A stretch of DNA of 63,854 nt, filler included, from Lama guanicoe (GCA_013239625.1; 102 parts of 102 records of this genome joined end to end with filler, not necessarily neighbours in it); one strand, 5' to 3'. Numbered from the whole stretch's first letter, positions 23,533 to 37,323 are shown. Notes: generated by a model not told the origin, from the sequence alone. Translations and numbers: made by a program.

Positions 23533-24125
23533 AGCTCGACTCCCCTGGGTTTTTTTTTAATGTCTCTGTGCCATGGAATGCGAGGGGCTTTTCAGGCAAT
23601 CCCAGTGACAGAGGCTGCCTCCCCAAGGTCAGGGAAGGTATTTCTCAGAATTCCCCCTATAGGGAACACCTGTGACTGAAGAGAGCTGCGTGGAGTTGTC
23701 TCTCGAGCTCCCCACGCACTGACAATTTTTCCCGAGTCCTGAGCGTGGGGAGGTTCCACCAACGGTTGGCAGTCCGTGGGTTCAAACGGAAGGCCTAAGC
23801 TCGACTCCCCTGGGTTTTTTCCTAATGTCTCTGTGCCAGGGAAGGCTAGGGGGGTTTGCACGCAATCCCAGTGACAGAGGCTGCCTCCCCAAGGTCAGGG
23901 AAGGTATTTCTCAGAATTCCCCCTATAGGGAACACCTGTGACTGAAGAGAGCTGCGTGGAGTTGTCTCTCGAGCTCCCCACGCACTGACAATTTTTCCCG
24001 AGTCCTGAGCGTGGGGAGGTTCCACCAACGGTCAGCAGCGAATGGGTTCTTACAGAATGCTTATCTCAACTCCCCAGGGTTTTTTCCTAATGTCTCTGTG
24101 CCAGGGAAGGCTAGGGGGGTTTGCA
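23533..24125 (-). repeat. Satellite A
   Basis: About 2.2 monomers. Confidence 0.96.
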
Positions 24126-25684
24126 NNNNNNNNNNNNNNNNNNNNNNNNNNNNNNNNNNNNNNNNNNNNTTAATTAATTAANNNNNNNNNNNNNNNNNNN
24201 NNNNNNNNNNNNNNNNNNNNNNNNNAATGAGAAAGGATTCATATGCTGCCTTTGTGTAGATTTAAGAAAAATTGGCAGCTATAAAAAGTTGAATCTCGAT
24301 GTGTCTTTTCTTACAAACCTGTACAGTTCTTTGATCTCCAGTCTGAATCACTAAGGTAAACTGCTCATGAGCTGAAAAAGCAGGCGTTGTTTCTCCATCT
24401 GCCACACAGCACCCCAGGGACACCACGGGCCCAAGGAAAGTAAAAGGCAGGAAGGGAAAGAACATTCCTGTTTTCTCACTTAAATGCCTGGAGAGCACAA
24501 GAGGCTGGCTAATTAGGGAAAAGACAGAATCCAACAGCTTTTCCATGGAAGAGGTGGGTCAGTTGCCCAGACACAGGAAGATGCTGGGTGAGAGAGAGAA
24601 GGGGAAAGAAATGGGGCACAAAGAAATTCTCAATCAATGGAATGCTAAAAACATAACAGTAAGTTAATCATTAAGAAGGCCTCTTTTTAAGGGCTCTCTT
24701 TCCCATGCTGTGCTGAAAAATCATTTTTCCTGAGAGTCTCTGCAAGTGGACCGAGAAAATATGCCCCAAGACAGTGAGAAAACATTATATTCAATTTTAT
24801 GTGATGTGAGCACACTGCTTCATATGTGGTCCCTCGACCAGGTCATCACACCACGCAAAGTAAGAAGTGAAATTCTAGGTGTCAGGTGTCCAAATTAAAA
24901 AGGAATCAGTCCACTGACTCTTTAAGGGAGGTTGCCAAGCTTTTCAAACTGAAGGCTGTGGCCATTAGAGCTGCCAACTATCTATTATTATCCCTTCTCT
25001 GTGTTATTACTCTATTCTTAGCTGGCAGAGTTACTCTAGCAGCATGGAAGCATNNNNNNNNNNNNNNNNNNNNNNNNNNNNNNNNNNNNNNNNNNNNTTA
25101 ATTAATTAANNNNNNNNNNNNNNNNNNNNNNNNNNNNNNNNNNNNNNNNNNNNTCAAGCCACCACTGCGAGAGCCACAGAGCAGGAAGGCGAGGAGAACC
25201 GGAGTTCTAGCACATTCTGCCCCAGCCTCACTAGGAGTTAACAGACAGTCCTGCTGAGGCCACTTTGTCTGATGCAAACAGGAAAAAAAGAAAAGGAAAC
25301 CAAAACCACCTCTAGGCTCGGCACCCCCAGATAAGGAGTGTTAGTACTTTGATTCTGTCCCCTCGCTCAGCAAGCACTGCATGCAGGTCCCCGGGCCGGC
25401 ACCTGCCCTGAGCCAGACGCAGCGCACTGCAGTGAGGGGCCCTGGGGACAGCGGCTACAGAGCCGGCTCCGCCAGACCCCACGCAGGACTGACCTCCCTC
25501 CTAGTTTGGCCCCTCTTCTGAGGGGCTGATCTCATGGGGCTGGTGCTGCGAACAAGCCAGTGCACATACCATGCTCCGCAGGGCNNNNNNNNNNNNNNNN
25601 NNNNNNNNNNNNNNNNNNNNNNNNNNNNTTAATTAATTAANNNNNNNNNNNNNNNNNNNNNNNNNNNNNNNNNNNNNNNNNNNN

Positions 25685-26449
25685 AGTATACAGAATAATT
25701 AATAAACAAATAAAAAATTAAATGCAGAACACAAAATGCACAATATAGGATACATAATACTGAATATAGAATTTAGAATATAGAATGTAGAACACAGAAT
25801 ATAGAATATAGTATACGGAATGCAAAATATAGTATGTAGAATGTAGAATGAAAAACACACAATATAGAATATTGAATAGAGAATGTATAACCCAGAATTT
25901 AGAACATGGAATGCAGAACACAGAATTTAGATTATAGAATAAAGGATGTATAAGCAAGAATATAGAACATGGAATGCAGAACACAGAATTTAGAATATAG
26001 TATACAGAATACTGAATATAGAATTTGGAATTTAGTAGGAAAAACACAGAATATATAATGGAGAATACGGAATGCAGATTATAGGATACAGAATATAGAA
26101 TTTAGAACACAAAATATAAAATATTGAAAACAAAATATAGAACACAGAATTTAGAACATGGGATGCATAACACAGTATTTAGAATATAGTATACAGATTA
26201 CTGAATATAGAATTTAGAATAAAGTATGTAGAAAACAGAATATAGAATAGAGAATACGGAATGCAGGATATAGTATACAGAATATAGAATTTAGAACACA
26301 GAATATAGAATATAGAATACGGAATGCAGAATGTAGGATCCAGAACGAAGTATACAGAATACATAATATATAAAAAAGAAAATAGAACCCAGAATTTAGT
26401 AATGGAATGCAGAAAACAGAATTTATAATATAGAATACGGAATACAGAA
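25685..26449 (-). repeat. Satellite C
   Basis: 7-mer period. Confidence 0.95.
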
Positions 26450-26549
26450 NNNNNNNNNNNNNNNNNNNNNNNNNNNNNNNNNNNNNNNNNNNNTTAATTA
26501 ATTAANNNNNNNNNNNNNNNNNNNNNNNNNNNNNNNNNNNNNNNNNNNN

Positions 26550-27015
26550 CGGAATGCTTAAGCTCGACTCCCCTGGTTATTTTCCTAATGTCTCTGTGAC
26601 AGGAAGTGCTTGGGTGGGTTTGCAAGAAATCCCAGTGACAGAGGCTGCCTCCCCAAGGTCAGGGAAGGTATTTCTCAGAATTCCCCCTAACAGGGAACAC
26701 CTGGGACTGAAGAGAGCTGCGTGGAGTTGACTCTCGAGCTCCCCACGCACTGACAATTGTTCCGGAATCCTGAGCGTAGGGAGGTTCCACCAACGGTAAG
26801 CAGCGCGTCGGTTCAATTGGAATGCCTAAGCTCGACTCCCCTGGGTTTTTTCCTAATGTCTCTGTGCCAGGGAATGCTAGGGGGTTTTGCAGGAAATCCC
26901 AGTGACAGAGGCTGACTCCCCAAGTTAAGGGAGGATATTTCTCGTACATCCCCGTTCAGGGAAAAACTGGGACTGAAGAGAGCTGCGTGGAGTTGTCTCT
27001 CGAGCTCCCCACGCA
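26550..27015 (-). repeat. Satellite A
   Basis: Family A monomers. Confidence 0.95.
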
Positions 27016-27115
27016 NNNNNNNNNNNNNNNNNNNNNNNNNNNNNNNNNNNNNNNNNNNNTTAATTAATTAANNNNNNNNNNNNNNNNNNNNNNNNNNNNN
27101 NNNNNNNNNNNNNNN

Positions 27116-27518
27116 AAGCTCGTCTCCCCTGAGGGTTTTCCTAATGGGTCTGTGCCAGGGAATGTTAGGGTGGTTTGAAGGGTATCCCAGTGACATACGC
27201 TGCCTCCCCAAGATCAGGGAAGCTACTTCCCAGACGTCCCCGAACAGGGAACTCCTGTGAATGAAGAGAGATTCGTGGAGTTGTCCCTCGAGCTCCCCCA
27301 CGCACTGACAATTGTTCCGGAATCCTGAGCGTGGGGAGGTACCACCAGCAGTCGGCAGCGCGTGGGTTCTAACGGAATGCTTAAGCTCGTCTCCCCTGAG
27401 GATTTTCCTAATATCTCTGTGCCAGGGAATGCTAGGGGTGATTGCATGATATCCCAGGGACCGAGGCTCCCTCCCCAAGGTCAGGGAAGATATTTCCCGG
27501 ACTTCCCCGAACAGGGAA
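27116..27518 (-). repeat. Satellite A
   Basis: Family A monomers. Confidence 0.95.
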
Positions 27519-27904
27519 NNNNNNNNNNNNNNNNNNNNNNNNNNNNNNNNNNNNNNNNNNNNTTAATTAATTAANNNNNNNNNNNNNNNNNNNNNNNNNN
27601 NNNNNNNNNNNNNNNNNNTATTTTCAACTGTTTCTACTTTTTCTTTTTTTTCTTCCAATGTCAGTTTTGGCATTTTTTATTTCTACAATTTTACAAATGT
27701 ATTAACATTTAATATTTCTATGTTCCCATTATGTTTTTGTGTGTATTTTATTTCTAGTTTTTCTTCTGTATTTCATAGCACATTCTCTTTTTTCCCCCAT
27801 TCACTCTTGCTAAGGCTTGGTTTCTCTTAGTAATTTTTTATTCCTAATAAAGTAATATTAGGCCTATTCCTCTATCATTTATTGATAGCCTTGTTCTCTA
27901 CATT

Positions 27905-28165
27905 CTTTTTTTTTTCACACTTCTTTGTCTGTGATTTATCATAACATTTTGTGTATATTTCCCTGTGCTATACAGTGTTATCTTGTTTATCTGTTCTACA
28001 GTTTTGAAATCCCAGCCTCTACCCCACCCTCTACCCCCCTGGTAACCACAAGTCTTTATTCTCTGTCCATGAGTCTATTTCTGTCATATATTTATGCTTT
28101 GTTTTTGTTTGTTTCCTTGTTTTTGTTTTTGTTTTTTAGATTCCAAATATGAGCGATCTCATATG
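27905..28165 (-). mobile_element. Young L1 3' UTR fragment
   Basis: CCCTGTGCTATACAG...GGTAACCACAAG...TTAGATTCCAAATATGAGCGATCTCATATG; homologous to 53945-54361. Confidence 0.8.
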
Positions 28166-28282
28166 NNNNNNNNNNNNNNNNNNNNNNNNNNNNNNNNNNN
28201 NNNNNNNNNTTAATTAATTAANNNNNNNNNNNNNNNNNNNNNNNNNNNNNNNNNNNNNNNNNNNNTTTGCTTTTGTTTTCAG

Positions 28283-28352
28283 ATACATGTTATAAAGCCA
28301 GTTTTATCAAAGCTTAACAATCTGTTTGAATATGCAGTGTCAGAGGAAAATG
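28283..28352 (+). CDS. TARBP1: Internal 70-nt exon of TARBP1 (tRNA Gm18 2'-O-methyltransferase, Trm3 homologue)
   Basis: ttttgttttcag|exon|gtaata; translates [23 protein letters not shown](G), matching my recall of human TARBP1 [24 protein letters not shown]. Confidence 0.85.
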
Positions 28353-28616
28353 GTAATACTTTCATTTTGATTTTTTCTAGCATTTCCAGTTTTCCCCCTT
28401 GATTTTATGACTAATCCCATTCATTGTGGAGAATGTTGTATGAATATATGAATTTGCCGCCACTAAAAGCCAGCTGTTGACATTCCAGATACATACCTTG
28501 TGGGTTGATTGTAGTANNNNNNNNNNNNNNNNNNNNNNNNNNNNNNNNNNNNNNNNNNNNTTAATTAATTAANNNNNNNNNNNNNNNNNNNNNNNNNNNN
28601 NNNNNNNNNNNNNNNN

Positions 28617-29156
28617 CGGCCGGCTGCCCCGCCAAATGGGGCCACTTCTTCTCCTCTCCCCTGACATGGCCTGGGGACCGCCTCTCCCGCACAAGATTCG
28701 CCTGACACCCCACACCCGGTCTGGTTGCTCCTGGGAGGTGGGCGCGGTGAGATCAGGGGTTGGAGAGGAGGGGGGGCTGCCCCTGGCGAGCTGGAGGATA
28801 AGCTTCCATCTCTCTGGAGGCCTGACCTGGGGGCGGCATCTTCTGCCCCTCGTTCCCAGGTCACCCTTCTCCGGGTCATATTGCCCCGGGGGTGTGGTAG
28901 GGTGCGGGGGCGGCGGGGTGTTTGCGGGAGTATGGAGCCTGCCGCTTGGGAGCTAGTGGTATAGCTCCCATCTCCCCCGCAGCTTGGCTGGGTGGCAGCC
29001 TCTTTTGCCCCTGGTCACAAAGCAGTTTCCCTGACAGCTTAGCCACCGGAGGTGGGCAAGATGTGCTGAAGGGGCAGAGGCAGCTGCCAAGACAGCGACG
29101 GAGGGGTTTGTCCCTGGCCAGCTGGTCAATTTGTTCCAATCTCAAACTTTGCTGCC
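28617..29156. promoter_or_regulatory. GC/CpG-rich unique fragment (possible CpG-island edge)
   Basis: High GC, many CpGs, GGGGCGG boxes; no recognisable CDS. Confidence 0.35.
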
Positions 29157-29256
29157 NNNNNNNNNNNNNNNNNNNNNNNNNNNNNNNNNNNNNNNNNNNN
29201 TTAATTAATTAANNNNNNNNNNNNNNNNNNNNNNNNNNNNNNNNNNNNNNNNNNNN

Positions 29257-29781
29257 TGCTTTCCATGTTCTAAATTCAATATTCAGTATTCTGTGTTCTA
29301 TATTCTAATTGGTGTGTAACGCATTCTATGTTCTAAATTCTAAATTAAGTATTCTGTATTCTATATTGTAAATTCTGTGTTCCGCATTCTATGTTCTAAA
29401 TTCTAAATTAAGTATTCTGTATTCTATATTGTAAATTCTGTGTTCCGCATTCTATGTTCTAAATTCTAAATTAAGTATTCTGTATTCTATATTGTAAATT
29501 CTGTGTTCCGCATTCTATGTTCTAAATTCTAAATTAAGTATTCTGTATTCTATATTGTAAATTCTGTGTTCCGCATTCTATGTTCTAAATTCTATATTCA
29601 GTATTCTGTATTCTATATTCTAAATTCTGTGTTCTACATTCCATCTTCTAAATTCTGTGTTCTATATTCTCTATTCTATCTTGTATATTTTGTGTCCACC
29701 ATTCTATATTCTATATTCAATATTCTGCATTTCCTAGTCTATATTCTATATTCTGTGTTCTACATTCTATATTCTAAATTC
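29257..29781 (+). repeat. Satellite C with four identical 63-bp units
   Basis: TAAATTAAGT at 29341, 29404, 29467 and 29530. Confidence 0.96.
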
Positions 29782-29881
29782 NNNNNNNNNNNNNNNNNNN
29801 NNNNNNNNNNNNNNNNNNNNNNNNNTTAATTAATTAANNNNNNNNNNNNNNNNNNNNNNNNNNNNNNNNNNNNNNNNNNNN

Positions 29882-30527
29882 CCTGAGGGTTTTCCTAATG
29901 TCTCTGTGCCAGGGAATTCTAGGGGTGATTACAGGTTTCCCAGTGACCGAGGCTGCCTCCCAAGGTCAGGGAAGTTATTTCCCGGACTTCCCCGAACAGG
30001 GAACACCTGTGACTGAAGAGAGCTTCGTGGAGTTTTCTCTCGAGCTCCCCAACGCACAGACAATGGTTAAGGAATCCTGAGCGTGGGGAGGTTTCAACAA
30101 AGGTCGGCAGCGCGTGGGTTCCAACGGAATGCCTAAGTTCGTCTCCCCTGAGGGTTTTCCTAATGTCTCTGTGCCAGGGAATGCTAGGGGTGATTGCAGG
30201 ATACCCCAGTGACCGAGGCTGCATTCCCAAGGTCAGGGAAGATATATCACAGACTTCCACAAACAGGGAACACCTGTGACTGAAGAGAGCTGCGTGGAGT
30301 TGTCTCTCGAGCTCCCCCACGCACTGACAATGGTTCCGGAATCCTGAGCGTGGGGAGGTTCCACAAACGGTCGGCATCGCGTGGGTTCTAACGGAATGCC
30401 TATGCTCGTCCCCCTGAGGGTTTTCCTAATGTCTCTGTGCCAGGGAATGTTAGGGGGGTGTGCAGGATATCCCAGTGTCATATGCTGCCTCCCCAAGGTC
30501 AGGGAAGGTATTTCCCGGACTTCCCCG
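29882..30527 (-). repeat. Satellite A
   Basis: About 2.4 monomers. Confidence 0.96.
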
Positions 30528-31373
30528 NNNNNNNNNNNNNNNNNNNNNNNNNNNNNNNNNNNNNNNNNNNNTTAATTAATTAANNNNNNNNNNNNNNNNN
30601 NNNNNNNNNNNNNNNNNNNNNNNNNNNGCACCCTCCCCACCCTCCCCGGTCACGGCTCACATTGGGGTCCCCTTGCTCCGTGAGCACCCCACCTTTCGGG
30701 ACCCCCGTTCAGGGTCTGAAACATACCATCATTTGAGAGTGCCCCTCTCTCCCACGAAACTTTCCCTGGCTGTTTAATTTCATGCTGGTCTTCATTTTCC
30801 TGACATTGATGGTCTGGGTTCCACACATAGCACTGGTGGAGAGGGCTGTGTTGTCCAGCTGGTTCTTAGCCCCAAGGGCACACTGTTATTGCAAACACTC
30901 ACTAATAACTATTATTTGTATATTGCCTTGCTTTTGCATAGTGTCTAGGTCCATGTTAATTAATGTTCAAACACCACCTTGGTGTTTGAACATTGGCTAA
31001 GAATAGTGTCTGAATGAGCACAAAGCTCTGATTAACTTTAAAACCTGCCAATGCCTGTTCCTCTGAGTGAGAATCCAATAGCTAAGCACAGTGGCCCTTA
31101 ACTACTCAACATATATTCGTGAACTCATGATGTGAGTGTCCTTAATAAAGAGGTGCCTCATATTGGAAACTCTGTGAATACGATTCTGCAGCTCATCAAA
31201 AAGTTTTTGGACATTTTCTGAATGCACTGAATTGCCCAATATCTGGAACAGCTGCTGGAACAAAGGAGGTTAANNNNNNNNNNNNNNNNNNNNNNNNNNN
31301 NNNNNNNNNNNNNNNNNTTAATTAATTAANNNNNNNNNNNNNNNNNNNNNNNNNNNNNNNNNNNNNNNNNNNN

Positions 31374-32144
31374 AGGGACACTGTGCTATACACAACAGAT
31401 TGACACAGTGTAAATGGCAGTAGTTCAATGATAAAAAAATGAACAAATATGTAAATAAAAATAAATAAATAAATAAATAAAAACTATTTAATAATAAATG
31501 AAATACAAAGATTCACACTACTTTACACCTCAACAATCTAGGAGAAAACAGAAAAAATAAAGAACAAAATTGAATGAATGAGAGTAAGGCAATTAACAAG
31601 ACAAGCAATAGAAAACATAAAAAAAAAAAACCTAAGTCTGTTTCTTTTAAACATAAACTGGACAAACGCTTAGTATGGCTAAGAAAATAAAGACTCAAAT
31701 AAAATTAGAAATTAGAGGGACGATATTACCACTTATGTTGTAGAGATGCAAAGTATCATAAGAAATTACCTCTAGCCAGCAATTTGAATGACCTAAAACA
31801 AAAGACAAATTCCCAGAAACATATGTCTTCCAATCCTGAATTAAGAAGTATTTAGAAAGTTAAATAGAGCAAAATTTTGTTTGAGTAAATCAATAATCCA
31901 AACTTCCAAAACCAGGAAATATTTACAAGACGACCTTACTGGTGAATTCTGTCTTACATTTGAAGTCAATTTTCCACCAATTATTCCCCAAATTTTCCCA
32001 GAATTTGAAGGGGGTGAAAGATTCCATACATATTTGATGATGCGAGCTTTATTTGCATAAAAATGCTAGAAAGGAAATTATATGCAAAATATAGTATATT
32101 ATCCCTGATGTACATATGTGCCAAAATTCTCAACAAAACACAAG
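31374..32144 (+). mobile_element. L1 3' end with A-rich tail (to ~31500) followed by decayed L1 ORF2
   Basis: CTGTGCTATACAC..ATTGACAC 3' end and (TAAA)n tail; downstream ACTGGTGAATTCT and CAAAATTCTCAACAAAA ORF2 motifs. Confidence 0.75.
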
Positions 32145-33349
32145 NNNNNNNNNNNNNNNNNNNNNNNNNNNNNNNNNNNNNNNNNNNNTTAATTAATTAA
32201 NNNNNNNNNNNNNNNNNNNNNNNNNNNNNNNNNNNNNNNNNNNNGTTCAATTAATATTTTCAGAGGGACAGATATGTTCCCAGCCTTATAATATCAAGAA
32301 AGGGAAGCGTTTTTCCACTGAAATTTATCTATCCCACAACATAAGCAAAAGGTTTATTTAAAGACCATTTAAATATACCAATTTCACAAACTTTTATCTC
32401 AATTTTATTAAATCTTATACCTTTAATTTTTATATTTATTAGGTTTAATCAATAATTCCTATTTCTAGAAGGAGTGCCAGAAGCCTTTTTTTTTTATTGT
32501 GCATTATATCTAATTTTATAGAAAAGTCTCTAGGATGCCCAAGTTTCACCAAAGAGCTTAGGCCCTTCTCAGTTTTTAATTTGATTAATTGGTCTGTTGA
32601 ACCAATCATTGAATAAGTATGTCAGTCTATATATACTTATATTTTAAGCTGTGGTAAATAAAACAGACTTCTTTGAACTTTAATGTTGGGGGGAAGTAGG
32701 TGATCTCTTAGGCCGTTTTTTTTTTNNNNNNNNNNNNNNNNNNNNNNNNNNNNNNNNNNNNNNNNNNNNTTAATTAATTAANNNNNNNNNNNNNNNNNNN
32801 NNNNNNNNNNNNNNNNNNNNNNNNNAAATTTATGGAGACATTCAAAAACCAGCCTAATCTACTCACTAGCCACAGTGTTTTGTTACTGCTTCCATATGAG
32901 AAATCCACTTGTCCCTACTCGGTCGTGAGCAGGCCTCGGTTGCTGTGGTGTTAGGCTCAGGCTCCAGCTTTCTGGAGTACAGCCCTTGGGTACACGCCTC
33001 TCAGTGCTGAGGCTTGAGGATAAGGAGACACGGGTTATTTGCCACCCTACGCCCAACATTCTGCTGAACTGCTGAGGGCTCCCTCGCTCACAGATGGAAG
33101 ATGGGAGGCACGCTGGCCCGTAGCAGTTCTGCAATGCAGCCTGTTGCTGCCGGCTCTTTGATTGGGACTTAGTCCTAACCCTGGGAGGGGTTCTCCTTCT
33201 CTGCCCTCTCTGAGCTCTTTGTTCTGTCCCTTTCATGAGCAGTAACCTGNNNNNNNNNNNNNNNNNNNNNNNNNNNNNNNNNNNNNNNNNNNNTTAATTA
33301 ATTAANNNNNNNNNNNNNNNNNNNNNNNNNNNNNNNNNNNNNNNNNNNN

Positions 33350-33729
33350 GAATGCAGAACACAGAATTTAGAATATACACTACAGGATACTTAATATACA
33401 ATTTAAAATATAGAATGAAGATCACACAATATAGAATATAGAAAACGGAATACAGAGTATAGAATATAGAATATAGAATGAAGAACACAGATTATAGACT
33501 ATAGAATAAAGAATTAAGTATTTAGAATAAAGAATATAGAATATAGAAAACAGAATATAGATTGTAAAAACAGAATATAGAATATAGAAAACAGAATGCA
33601 GAATTTAGAAAACAGAATATAGAATTTAGAAATCAGAATATAGAATATGAAAATCATAATACAGAAGCCAGAATTAAGAACATGAAATGCAGAATACAGA
33701 ATTTAAAATATAGAATACAGAACACTGAA
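33350..33729 (-). repeat. Satellite C
   Basis: 7-mer period. Confidence 0.93.
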
Positions 33730-34131
33730 NNNNNNNNNNNNNNNNNNNNNNNNNNNNNNNNNNNNNNNNNNNNTTAATTAATTAANNNNNNNNNNNNNNN
33801 NNNNNNNNNNNNNNNNNNNNNNNNNNNNNGGTTAAACATCTTAATAAAAAAGCCTAAAAAGGGGAGAGGGAGATGGAAAAATATGAAACATAAACACCGG
33901 AAAGAAGACATTCGGGGAGGTTTTATTCGCCCAGTGATATCCATCAGTTCTCCTTTTCTAACGTGACCCTCATTACACGTGGCTGGGCCCTGACTGCTGG
34001 AAGTACATGCAGGCAATAGAATTTGTTTTGTNNNNNNNNNNNNNNNNNNNNNNNNNNNNNNNNNNNNNNNNNNNNTTAATTAATTAANNNNNNNNNNNNN
34101 NNNNNNNNNNNNNNNNNNNNNNNNNNNNNNN

Positions 34132-34898
34132 AGTATAATCTGAAGTCAGGAAGTGTAATTACTCCAGCTCTGTTTTTTTCCCAAGTTGTTTGGGCTCCTT
34201 GGAGTCTTTTGTGGTTCCATAAAATTTTTTAGATTATTGGTTCTAGTTTTGTCAAAAATGTCACTGGTATGGTGATAGGGATAGCATTGTAGATTGCCTT
34301 TGTTAGTATGGTCATTTTAACAATATTAATTCTTCCAGTACAAAAACATGGTATATCTTTTCACTTGTTTGTGTTCTCTTTAATTTCTTTCATTAGTGAC
34401 TTATAGTCTTCTGAGTACAGGATTTTTTAAATCCTCAGATGGATTTATTCCTAGGTATTTTATTATTTTTGATGTGAAGGTAAATGGACTGTTTCCTTAA
34501 TTTCTCTTTCTGATTCTTCATTGTTAGTGTATAGAAATGCAACATATTTCTTTATATTAGTTTTGTATCCTGCAACTTTTCCAAATTCATAGATGAGCTC
34601 TAGTTTTCTGGTTGCAACACTGGGATTTTTGATTATATCATCTTCAAATAATGACAGTTTTACTTCTTGTTTTCTGATTTGGATTCATTTTATTTCTTTT
34701 TCTTTCCTGATTGCTGTGGCCAGGACTTCCAAAACTATGCTGAATAAAAATGGTGAGTGGGTATCTTTGTCTTGCTCTGATCTTAGAGAAAATGTTTTCA
34801 TCTTTTCAGAACTGAGAATATTGGCTGTGGATGTGTCATATATATAGACCTTAATAGGTGAAGTTAGTTTCACTGTATGCCCACTTTCTAGAGAGTTT
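34132..34898 (-). mobile_element. L1 ORF2 (RT region) fragment
   Basis: Minus-strand translation [23 protein letters not shown] is the L1 RT motif. Confidence 0.93.
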
Positions 34899-35573
34899 NN
34901 NNNNNNNNNNNNNNNNNNNNNNNNNNNNNNNNNNNNNNNNNNTTAATTAATTAANNNNNNNNNNNNNNNNNNNNNNNNNNNNNNNNNNNNNNNNNNNNAA
35001 AAAAATCTAATTTCCTCCTAACAAAAAAAAAAAAAAAGAAAAAGAAGAACTTTTCTTAGTGTTTGCCCTAGACTTTTCAAAATACATTTACAGTTAATCC
35101 AGGTCCAGTTTCAGATAACAGTGTACTATTTCACAGGTAGCTGAGAACCTTTAGAGAATAACATAATCCCAATTCCTCCTTCCCACCTTTTGTATTATCA
35201 CTGGCAGTTGTTTTACTTAAAATATCCATACATAGACATATGTATGTATGTGTTTACACCTATACACATGTATTTTATGTATATATGTTATATATATATT
35301 ATATAGGCATACACATTCAGATACATCATTGGTATTAATAGATTGAATAAACTGTAGTCTATTAGATCAATTATGAATGAGAAAAATTAAAGTTTCTATT
35401 TTATCTTCACTTATTTCTTCTTCAGTGCTCTTCCTTTCTTAATGTACGTCTACTGGCAGTAAATTCTCTTGTTTCTTGTTTTCCTTTACTTCTCCTTCAC
35501 TTTTGAAGGATAATTTTCCAGGCTAAAGAATTCTGTTTTTTTATTTTTTTTTCTCTCAACTCTTTAAAAATGT

Positions 35574-35700
35574 TAATTCACTCTTTTCTTTTTGGGGGGG
35601 GGGGTTAACAACACTTTATTGCCGCAGGGAGGTGCACACCTATGATGCACCTGTCCTGCTTTTATCTGTTTTCTGTCAGCACATAATTCACTCTTTTCTT
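35574..35700 (-). mobile_element. 93-nt retrotransposed insert flanked by a 17-bp TSD, inside an old antisense L1 remnant
   Basis: TAATTCACTCTTTTCTT at 35574-35590 and 35684-35700; AATAAA on the minus strand near the tail. Confidence 0.7.
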
Positions 35701-35942
35701 ACTTGCACACTTTCCTATGAGAAGTCAGGTGTATTTCTTATCATTGTTCCTCTACAGGTCAGATGTGTTTTCCCCTCTGGCTCCTTTCAAGGTACTTTCC
35801 TGTGAGTGATTTTTCTATTGTTTGAAAATGGTACTCCTAGGANNNNNNNNNNNNNNNNNNNNNNNNNNNNNNNNNNNNNNNNNNNNTTAATTAATTAANN
35901 NNNNNNNNNNNNNNNNNNNNNNNNNNNNNNNNNNNNNNNNNN

Positions 35943-36507
35943 ATTCTGTATTCTACATTCTATATTCTAAATTGTATATTCAGTATTCTGTGTGCTACTT
36001 ACTAAATTCTGTGTTCTGCATTCCATGTTCTAAATTCTGTGTTCTGTATTCTGTTTCCATATTCTATGTTCTGTGTTCTAAATTCTGTATTCTGTATACT
36101 ATATTCTGCATTCCGTATTCTATATTCTATATTCTGTGTTCTACATTCGATATTCTAAATACTATATTCAGTATTCTGTATTCTATATTCTAAATTCTGT
36201 GTTCTGCATTCATTATTCTAAATTCTCTATTCTATATTCTGTGTTCTACTTTCTATAATCTATATTCTATTTTCATTGTCCTGTAGTCTATATTCTAAAT
36301 TCTGTGTTATGCATACCATGTTATAAATTCTATATTCAGTATTCTGTATTCTATATTCTGAATTCTGTGTTCTGCATTCAATGTTCTAAGTTCTATGATC
36401 AGTATAATGTATTATATATTCTAATTTTGTGTTATGCATTCCATGTTCTAAATTGTGTTTTCTATAATCTATATTCTATATTCTATATCTGTGTTCTACA
36501 TTCTATA
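35943..36507 (+). repeat. Satellite C
   Basis: 7-mer period. Confidence 0.95.
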
Positions 36508-36607
36508 NNNNNNNNNNNNNNNNNNNNNNNNNNNNNNNNNNNNNNNNNNNNTTAATTAATTAANNNNNNNNNNNNNNNNNNNNNNNNNNNNNNNNNNNNN
36601 NNNNNNN

Positions 36608-37223
36608 GGAATGAAGTACAGAGAATTTAGAATATAGAAAACAGAATACTGAATATGAATTTCAAGTATAGAAAGTTGAACACAGAATTTCGAATATAGA
36701 ATAAAGAATACTGAATATTGAATTTAGAATATAGACTGTAGAAAACAGTCTATAGAATATATATTAAAGAATATAGAACCCAGAATTTAGAACATGGAAT
36801 GCAAAACACAGAATTTAGAATATTGAATACAGAATACTGTATTTCGTATTTAGAATATAGAATGTAGAACACAGAATATGAAATGTAGAATACGGAATGC
36901 AGAATATTGAATACAGAATATAGAATGTAGAACACAGTATATAGAATGTAGATTAGAGAATATAGAAACCAGAATTTAGAACATGGAATTCAGAACACAG
37001 AATTTAGAACATAGAATACAGAATACTTTATATATAATTTAGAATATAAAATGTAGAACACAGAATATAGAATATAGACTACGAAATGAAGAATATAAGA
37101 TATAGTATATAGAATGATGAACACAAATTATAGAATATAGAATAGAGAATATAGAACTTAGAATTAAGAACATGGAATGTAGAACACAGAATTAAGAATA
37201 TAGAATATAGAATACTGAATATA
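36608..37223 (-). repeat. Satellite C
   Basis: 7-mer period. Confidence 0.95.
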
Positions 37224-37323
37224 NNNNNNNNNNNNNNNNNNNNNNNNNNNNNNNNNNNNNNNNNNNNTTAATTAATTAANNNNNNNNNNNNNNNNNNNNN
37301 NNNNNNNNNNNNNNNNNNNNNNN

